Below, in pieces: positions 53,191-64,000 of a stretch of DNA of 64,000 bases. The DNA is from the human T2T-CHM13v2.0 reference genome, Homo sapiens. Below the pieces are notes generated by a model. That model saw only the letters and a list, made by a program, of their open reading frames with translations, searched no databases and was not told the DNA's origin. The stretch lies in NCBI RefSeq assembly GCF_009914755.1, contig NC_060927.1. One strand, written 5' to 3'. The position numbers and the translations under genes are program-made. Every line of letters begins with the position of its first letter. The first letter of the stretch is position 1.

Positions 53191-54673
53191 TTCTGCAATG
53201 TAAAATATGTTCTTATTGTCTTTGTGAAAAGTAAATTGACTGTAAATGTCTAGATTTATTTCTGGGTTCTCTAGTTTGTTCTTATCACATTGCATTACTC
53301 TGATCTTCTCTTCTGTTCCCTCCTTAAAATGTCCCAATATAGAGAACCCAATTCTATGGGTTCTATTTATATGCTTATATATCTATGTGTCTGTTTATAT
53401 GCCAGTACCATGTTGTTTTGTTTACTATGGCTTTGTAGTATATTTTGAAGTCAGATAGTATGATGCTATCAGCTTGATTCTTTTTATTCAGGAATGCTTT
53501 GGCTATTTAGGGTCTTTTGTGGGTCTATACAAATTTTAGATTTTTTTTTGTTTATGTGAAGAATGTCATTGTGTTGGTCTTTTGATAGAAATTGAATTGA
53601 ATTTGTGGGTCACTTTAGGTGGTATTGACATTTTAACAATATTAATTCTTTCAATCCATGAACTTGAGATGTCTTTCCATTTTTTGTCTATCATATTAAA
53701 TTTTTTTCATCAGTGTTCTGTAGTTTTTATTGTAGAGATATTTAATTCCTTTGGTTAAATTTATTCCTAGGTATTTTACATTTTTGCACCTATTGTAAAT
53801 GGAAGCGATTTCTTTTTCAGTTTGTTCTCTATTGCAGTATATAAATGTTTGTTTATATTGCATCCTAAAACTTTACTGAATTTATTGGTTCTAATAGTTT
53901 TTTTTCTGGTTGAGGTTTTAGGCTTTTAATTTTTAAAATCCATAAAAAAATTTTTAAATAGAGCTTGGGGTACAAGTAGTTTTTAGTTATGTAGATGAAT
54001 TATATAGTGGTGAATTCTGAGATTTTAGTGCACCTGTCACCTGAGTAATGTACATTGTACCCAGTGTGTAGTTTTATATCAAGCCCCCTCCCATCATCCC
54101 CCTTCTGAGTTTCTGAAGTCCGATATATCACTCTGTATGCCTTTGTGTACTTATAGCTTAGCTCCCACTTATCAGGGAGAATAGACAGAATTTGGCTTTA
54201 AATTCCTGAGTTACATCACTTAGAATAGTGGCCTCCAGCTCCACCCAAGTTGCTGCAAAAGACATTGTTTTGTGTTCCTCTTTGTGGCTGAGTGGTATTC
54301 CATGGTGTACACATATATGACATTTTCCTTATCCATTCGTTGGTTGATAGGCACTTAGGTTGATTCCATTTCTTTGCAATTGTGAATTGGGCTAAAATAA
54401 ACATATGTGTGCATGTGTCTTTTTCATATAATGATTTCTTTTCCTTTGGATAGATACCCAGTAGTGAGATTGCTGGATCAAATGGTAGATCTACTTTTAG
54501 TTATTTAAGGAATCTCCATACCATTTTCCATAGAGGTTATACTAATTTACATTCCCACCAAGAGTATACAAGGGTTCCCTTTTCTCCACATCCATGCTGA
54601 AATGTATTGTTTTTTAACTTTTTAATAATGGCCATTTTTGCAGGAGTAAGGTGGCATCTCACTGTAGTTTTAA

Positions 54674-55043
<370 letters not shown>

Positions 55044-56592
55044 TGGCCATTTTTATATGTTCTTTTGAGAAATGTCTGTTTATGTTATTTGCCCACTTTT
55101 CGATAGTATTGTTTGTTTTTTTCTTGCTGAGTTGTTTGAGTTCCTTGTAGATTCTGAATACAAGTTCTTTGTCAGATGCCTAGTTTGCAAACATTTTCTC
55201 CCTTTCCATGGGTTGTTTGTTTACTCTGATAATTATCTTTTACTGTACAGGAGCTTTTTAAATTTAACCAGGTTTCATTTATTTATTTTCATTTTTGTTC
55301 CATTTGCTTTTGGAGTCTTAGTCATGAATTCCTTGCCTCGGCCAATGTCCAAAAGAGTTTTTCCAAGGTTATCTTCCAGAATTTTTTATGGTTTTAGGTC
55401 TTAGGTTTAAGTCTTGGATCATTTTGAGTTAATTTTTGCTTAAGGGATCCAGTTTCATTCTTCTACATGTGGCTAGCCAGTTTTGCTAGCATCATTTATT
55501 AAATGGGGTGTCCTTCCCCAGTTTACATTTTTGTGTGCTTGATCGAAGACCAATTGGTTGTATTTGTCTTTACTTCCAAGTTTTCTGTTCTGTTTTACTG
55601 GTCTATGTGACTACTTTTATGACAGTACCAAACTGTTTTAATAACTATTGCCTTGTAGTATAACTTGAAGTCCAGTAAGGTAGTGTGCCTCCAGGTTTGT
55701 TCTTTTTGCTTAGAATTGTTTTGGCTATGTGGGCTCCTTTTTGGTCCCATATGGATTTTAGAATTGTTTTTCTAGTTCTGTGAAAAGTGATGTTGTTATT
55801 TTGATAGGAAGTACATTGTATCTATAGATTGCTTTGGGGAGTATACCTTCCACAAGAATGATTCTTCCAATCCATGAGTGTGGGATGTATTTCCATTTGT
55901 TTGTGTCATTTATAATTTCATTCAGCAGTGTTTTGTACTTCTCCTTTTACAGATCCTTCACTTCCATTGTCAAGTATATTCCTAGGTTGTTTTTTGTTTT
56001 GTTTTGTTTTTTCTGCAGCTGTTTTTAAAGGAATTGAGTTTTTTATTTGATTCTCAGCTTGGTCATTGTCGATGTATAGCAGTGCTACTGATTTGTATAC
56101 ACTGATTTTGTAACCTGAGACTTAACTGAATTCATTTATTAAATCTAGAAATCTTTTGGCAGAGTTCTTAGGATTTTCTAGGTATATGATCCTATCTTTG
56201 GTGAACAGCAATAATTTGAATATCTCTTTTCCAATTTGGATACCATTTCTTTCTCTTGCCTGATTACTCTAGCTAGTACTTACATTACTATGTGGAATAG
56301 AAGTGGTGAAAGTGAGGACACTTGTCTTATTCCACTTCTTAGGGGAAATGCTTTCAACTTTTCCCTATTCAGTATGATGTTGACTATGGGTTTGTCATAT
56401 ATGGCTTCTATTAGTTCGAGGTAAGTCCCTTTTATGCCTACTTGGTTGAGGGTTTTTTTTTTTTTTTCAGAAAGGGAAGCTGGATTTTATTGAATGCTTC
56501 TTGTGCATCTGTTGAGATAAATATATAGTTTTTGTTTTTAATTATATGTATGTGATGTATTACATTTATTGACTTGTATATAGTAAATCATC

Positions 56593-57013
56593 TGATATGG
56601 TTTGGATCCCTGTCTCCATCCAAATCTCCTGTGGAAATTTAGTCTCCAAGCTGGAGGTAGAACATGGTGGGATGGGATTCGATCATGGGGGCCATTTCTC
56701 ATGAATGGTTTAACACCATCTTTCTAGTGCTATTCTCATGATACAGTTCTCACAAGATCCAGTTGTTTAAAAGTGTGTAGCACCTCCCACCTCTCTTTCT
56801 TTCTCCTGCTCTGAACCATGTGAAGTGATGGCTCGCCCTTCACCTTCCATCATGATTGTAAGTTCCCTGAGGCCTCCAAGAAACCAACGCCACTATGTTT
56901 CCAGTACAGTCTGTACTGTACTGGAAGTACAGTACCCCAATTAAACATCTTTTCTTTATAAATCACCCAGTCTCAGGTATTTCTTTATAGCAATGTGAGA
57001 ACAGACTAATACA
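56593..57013 (+). mobile_element. MSTA-like solo LTR
   Basis: tgatatggtttggatc...gactaataca; TSD tcatc / ccatc. Confidence 0.9.
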
Positions 57014-59241
57014 CCATCTCTGAATCCCTGAGATAAAACCCACTTGATCATGATGTATTATTGTCTTGTTGTATTTGGTTAGCTGTTATTTTGTTGAACA
57101 TTTTTGCATCAGTTGTTCATCAGGGATATTGGTCTGTAGTTTTCTTTCTTTTTCTTTCTGTTATGTCCTTTCCTGCTTATGGTATTAGAGTAATACTGGC
57201 TTCATAGGATAACTTAATGAGAATTCCTTCTTTCTCGATCTTTTGGAATAGTTTCAGTAGGATTGGTACCAATTCATCTTTGAATGTCTGGTAGAATTCA
57301 GCTATGTAACCATCTGGCCCTGGGCTTCTTTTTTGTTTGTTTTTTTATTATTACTTATTCAATTTTGCTGCTTATTATTGGTCTCTTCAGGGTTCCTATT
57401 TCTTTCTGATTTAATCTAGGAGCATTGTATGTTTCCAGGAATTTATCCATTTCCTCTAGGTTTTCTAGTTTGTGTGCATAGAGGTGATCATAGTAGTCTG
57501 AAATTATCTTTTGTATTTCTATGGTGTCAGTGGTAATGTCTCCAGTTTTATTTCTAATTGAGCTTTGAGTCTTCTTTCTTCTTTGCTTGGCTAACCTAGC
57601 TAATGATTGATCAATTCATTTATGTTTTCAAAGCTTTCTTTTTCATTGATATTTCAAATATTTTTTGTTTGTTTCAATTTTATTTAGTTCTGCTGTGATA
57701 TTTGTTATTTCTTTTCTTCCCCTAACTTTGGGTTTAGTTGTTTTTGTTTCTTTAATTCCATGAGGTGTGACATTAGTTTGTCAATTTTTGATTTTTCAGA
57801 CTTTTGGATATAGGGATTTAGTGCTATACTCTCCTCTTAGCATTGCTTTTGCTGTCTCTCAGAGGTTTTTATAACTTGTTTCAATATTATTATTCATTTC
57901 AAGACATTTTTAAATTTTTACCTTGATTTCATTTTTAACCCAAAAGTCATTCTGGAGCAGATTGTTTAATTTCTATGTATTTGTATAGTTTTGGGTATTC
58001 CTTTGGAGTTGATTTCTAGATTGATTCCACTGTGATCTGAGAAGGTATTTGATATGATTTCTATATTCTTAAATTTATTGAGACTTATTTTGTGGCCTTT
58101 CACACAGTATGTGTTGGAGAATGTTACACATGTTGATTAGAAGAATGTATACTCTGCAGTTTTGGGTAGAATATTTTGTAAATACCTGTTAAGTTCATTT
58201 GTTCTAGAATGTAGATTAATCCTTTGTTTCTTTGTTGATTTTTTGTCTTGATGATCTGTCTAGTGCTGTCAATGGAGTATTGAAGTGCCCTACTAGTAAT
58301 GTGTTGCTGTCTATCTCATTTCTTATTCTAGTAGTAATTGTTTTATGAATCTGGGACCTAAAGTGTTAGGTGAATATACATTTAGGATGATAATATCTTC
58401 TTGGTGGATTGATTCTTTTATCATTATATAATGTCCTTCTTTGTCTTTTTATTTTAACTGTTGTTGCTTTAAAGTCTGTTTTATTTGATATAAAACAGCT
58501 ACTTCTGCTCACTTTTGGTTTCCATTTCTGTAGAATATCTTCTTCCGCCTCTTCACCTTGAATTGATGTGAATCCTTACATGTTAGGTGAGTCTCTTGAA
58601 GAAAGCAGATATTTGGTTTGTGATTTTTTATCCATTCTGTCAATCTGTGTCTTTTATGTGAAGCATTTAGGCCATTTACATTCAGTGTTAATGCTGAGAT
58701 GTGAGGTACTGTTCCATTCACCATGTTGTAGCCTACTTGGTTTTTTTCATTGTGTTATGATTTTATAGACCCTGAGAAGTTTATGCTTTCAATAGGTTCT
58801 ATTTCGGTGCATGTTGAGTTTTGTTTCAAGAATTAGAACTCTTTTTAGCATTATCATGTTATCAGTAAACAGGAATAATTTGACTTTTTTTCTTCCTAAT
58901 TTGGATGCCCTTCATTTTTTTTTCTCTTAATTGCTCTGGCTAAATCTTCCACTAACATGGAATTGCTACTAAAGTGTTACTTTTTAGTTACTACTAAAAA
59001 GTGGTAAAAGTGGACATCCTTGTTCCATTTCAAATCTAAAAGAAAATGTTTGTAATTCGTTCCCATTCAGTGTATAATGTGAAATGTGGGTTTGTCACAT
59101 ATGGCTTTTATTGTTTTGAGATATGTTTCATCTATACAGAGTTTGTTGAGTTTTATCATAAAGAGATGTTGTATTTTGTCAAATGAGTTTTCAGCATCTA
59201 TTCAAATGATCATATGGTTTGTGTGTTTGATTCTGTTGATG

Positions 59242-59729
59242 TGCAGTGTGATAATTAAGGAATCAGAGAGACTGAGGGGTTGAGGAGGAATTATTTAATT
59301 ATTTAGGTGCACCGACCCAGTCAGATTAACATCCAAATGACTGAGCCCTGAACAAAGAGTCAAGCTGCCTTTTAAGCATTTTGTGGGGTGGGGGGAGATC
59401 TGTGCAGGAGGAAGTGTATTACAGAAGTGAGAAACAAAGGCAGTTATTCAGTTAAGACATGCATTACATTATTTCTTACTTTTCAAGGAACAACATGTTT
59501 TACAACTTGAGATTATCTTTCTAGTGACTTTGCAGCTGCACAGCTAGAGAAACAGTCTTCACAATGCCTGGGAAAGGGAGAGATAAGGCTCACTAGCCAC
59601 AGACAGAAAAACAGGCAGTTAATTTTAAAGGACTCCAGCCCTTTCTCTTCCTCAAGGGGAATTGGGTTTTCTTACATACAACTGAGTTTTTGCTTATGCA
59701 GTCTTTAATTTCTTTTAATTCCTGTTCCA
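59242..59729 (-). mobile_element. Solo LTR, probably ERVK (LTR14-like)
   Basis: The reverse complement starts 'tggaacaggaattaaaagaaattaaag'; TG..CA ends; gatg on both flanks; interrupts a contiguous L1. Confidence 0.75.
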
Positions 59730-62122
59730 GATGGGATGTTTCACATTTATTGATTTGCATATGTTGATTCATCCTTGCATTCCTGAGATGAATCCCACTT
59801 GAACATGGGGAATAATCTTTTAATGTGTTATATTTGGTTTGCTACTCTTTTCTTGAGGAATTTTGTTTTTATACTCATCACAGATATCGACATGTGATTT
59901 TCTTTTTTGTTGTGATTTTGCTGCTTTAGTTTTTGTTTGGTTATTAGGATAATGCTGGCCTCACAGAATGAATTTAAAAGTGTTTCTTCCTCTAAAATTT
60001 TCAGAATAGTTTGAGCAAAATTAATATTAGTTCTTTTTAAAATATTTGGTATAATTCCACATCAAAGCCATCAGGTCCTGGGATTTCCTTTGATGGAAAA
60101 ACTTTTATTACTACTTTCATCTTGTTACTTGTCAGTGGTTTGCTCAGGTTTACTATTTCCACATGGTTCAGTCTTGGTTGGTTGTATATGTCCAGAAATT
60201 TATCAGTTTTTTCTAAGTTTTACAATGTGTTGGTGTATATTTGCTCATAATACTTTCTAATGATGTTTTGTATTTCTGTGACATTAGTCATTATGCCTCC
60301 TTTTTTGTTTCTGATTTTACTAATTTGGGTCTTCTCTCTTCTTAGTCTAGCTAAAGCTTTGTTAATATTACTTTTTTTTAGAAAACCAACTTTATTTTAT
60401 TGGCTTTTTAAAATTATATTTTAGTTTCAATTTTATTTATTTTTGCCCTGATATTTATTATTTTTTTCCTTGTATTAATTTGGGTTTTGTTTGTTCTTGA
60501 CTTTCTAGTTTATTGAGCCACATCATTAGGTTGCTTATTTAAAATATTTCTACTTTTTTGATATAGGATTTATTGCTATCAACTTACCTTTTGTACTGAT
60601 TTTTATGTTTTCTCTGTATTTTTGTATGATCTATTTCATTTGTTTCAAGAAATTTTTTGACGTTCTTCTTAATTTCTTCATGAGCTATTTATTGCTCAGG
60701 ACCATGTTGTTTAATTTCCATGTGTTTGCATAGTGTTCACAGCTTTTCTTGTTATTGATTTATAGTTTTATTCTATTAGTCAGAAAACATACTTCATATG
60801 CTTTTGACACTTCTGAAGTTGCTGAAACTTATTTTGCAACCTAACATATGGTCTATCCTAGAGAATGTTTCATGTACTGATTAGAAGAACATGTGTTCTG
60901 CAGCAGTTGAATAAAATGTTCTATAATTATCAGTTAGGTCCATTTGATCTAGAGTATAACTCCATGTTTCTTTGACAAATTTCTATTGGGATGATATTTT
61001 CATTAATTACAGTGGGATATTGAAGTCCCCTAATATTAAGGTATGTTAGTCTATGTCTTTTTTAGTATTAATGTTTGTTTTATATATTTAATATGACTGG
61101 TGTTGGATGCATATATATTCATAACTGTTATATCCTCTTGCTGAATTGATTGCTTTATCATTATATAGTGACCTTTTATTCTCTTTTCACAAGGCTATAT
61201 TATCTGTTACAAGTACAACCACTTTTAATCTTTCTTGATTTCCATTTGCATGTGATTTTTTTCCCCATTCCTTTACTTTTAGTCTACATGTGTCTTTATA
61301 GCTGAAGTGGATATCTAGTAGACACATACAGTTAGGTCTTGTTATTCCATCCATTTGGCCACTCCGTCTTCTAATTGGAGCTATTAGTTCACTTACATTT
61401 GATAATATTATTGATAGGAAACAATTTACTACCACCATTTGTTGCTCGTTCTTTGGTTGTTTTGTAACCCTTTTGTTCCATTCTTCTCTTATTTCTGTCT
61501 TCCTTTGTGGTTAAGTGATTTTTCTCTGGCAGTATGTTTAATTTGTTGCTTTTTTAATTTTACTGTGTGTATTACATGATTTTGCTCTGTGGTTACAATG
61601 ATATTAGAAAAAAGAGTCATATAGCTACAACAAGTTATTTTGAACAGATGACCATCTTCTTATGTTGTTTATTTCTTAACAGATTGTTGTAGTTTACTGT
61701 TATTTTTGTTAGATTTGTTTTTTAGTCTTGATACTAGTGATATGAGGGGATTACACACCACAATTACAGTATTAAAGTATTGAGAGTTTGTTGTTATATT
61801 CACCTTTTTCATTGAGTTTTAAAGCCTCAAATGTTTTCTTTTTGAACGTTAGGAATTTTTTTTCTTTCAGATTAAAGAACACTCTTCAGTTTTTATGTAG
61901 ACAAGTCTAGTGGTGATTAAAAACCCTCTATTTTTATTATTCTGGGAAAGAGACTTTACCTCTCCTTCATATTTGAAGAATGATCTGCTTGATACAGTAA
62001 CCTTGGTTGGCAGGTTTTCTTCCTTCAGCATTTTGAATATGTTGCCACACTCTCTCCTGGTCTATATAGTTTCCATTGAGAAGTATTTTGCCCGACAAAT
62101 CAAAGCCCCTTTATGTGTTATT

Positions 62123-62927
<805 letters not shown>

Positions 62928-64000
62928 TTTAGCTTTTTTTTTCCCCTTGCTACTTTTTGGATCCTCTCTTTACCCTTCCTCTTTGAGACTTTGATTGTTA
63001 TATGCCTTGGAGTAGTCTTATTTGGGTTAAATCTGTTTGGTGATCTCTAATCTCTTGTACCTGGATATTTATATATTTCTCTAGGTTTGGAAAGCTTTCT
63101 GTTAATATTTCTTTGAATATTTTCTTGATCTTGCTCAAATCCCTCTTGAATGCCAATAACTTCTAGATTTTCTCTTTTAAGGTTATTCTGTATATCTTGC
63201 AGATGATTTTGTTTCTTTCCACATGTTTTTAAATTTATTTATCTGATTGTTTTCCAGAAGCCTTTGAGCTCACTGATTGTTTCTTCTACTTGATCCATTA
63301 TGCTGTTCAGAGCCTCCAATACATTTTTTAGCTCAACAAATATCTTTCTCCTTTCCCAAATTTATGTTTGGTTTTCAAAAGTATTTCAGTTCCTTTGTTA
63401 AATTTTTCTAAGTTTTTTAATTGATTTTCTGTGTTTCCTTGGAGTTTGCTGAGTTTTATTAGAATTGCTATTTTTAAATTTTTATTTGAAAGCTTATGCA
63501 TTCCGTCACTGGCTCTTGCTTTTTTCATTTGGAAAGGTCATGTTTCCCTGATTGCTATTGTTTCTGTTGGATATCCATATATGGCTTCAAATGAAGGATG
63601 ATTTATTCCAGTCTTCACAGTCTGGCTTGTTTTGGTTGTTTTAGAGTATGTTTGCCTAGAAGTTGTTTTTTTTCTTTTTTCAGTTGCCTGTGGGTGATAA
63701 AAATATCAATCAAAGTAACTGGGAAGGAGTGGGATGTTAAAAGAAGTCAAAGCTGGCAACATCTTGCAGTTGAGGAATGACAGGAGAAATGCTTTGAGTC
63801 AGATACAGCATAGTGGTAACCTTGAGCATTCTGTTCAGCTTGAAGTAGGATTCTGCTCATGGCTTGTGTTACATCATAGTATCCATCCTTACGAATAAAA
63901 TTGTGATGATATGAGTAGAAATATGGGAGAACTAGTATACAAGGAATGAAATAGTGAGATAATTGAATACATGACTTTGACAAATAAAGAAGTAGAAACA

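Overview
AT-rich, repeat-dense primate (human-like) non-coding DNA, with no intact protein-coding gene that I can support. Most of the window is transposable-element debris: L1PA/L1PB/L1MA/L1M LINEs (deeply nested at 53-63.7 kb), L2/MIR, Alus, MaLR elements (MLT1, THE1, MST), ERV1/ERVK solo LTRs, Tigger1 and a hAT-Charlie element. The ORF-track entries are either TE-derived (L1 ORF2, HERV-L gag) or spurious. Four non-routine items stand out. (1) A decayed LARP7 copy at about 36.5-37.4 kb keeps its introns and stops a few tens of nt into the intron that hosts miR-302/367 in the parent gene; it may be a retrocopy of the antisense miR-302 host transcript. (2) A HERV-L provirus has been scrambled by deletion, inversion and segment transposition. 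(3) A 335-bp unique segment has been copied 19.6 kb away into a MaLR internal region. (4) There is a ~125-bp near-perfect hairpin with a template-switch signature. Several exact tandem duplications and a duplicated Alu are also present. Repeat family names come from recalled consensus sequences, not from a search, so subfamily calls and some boundaries are approximate.
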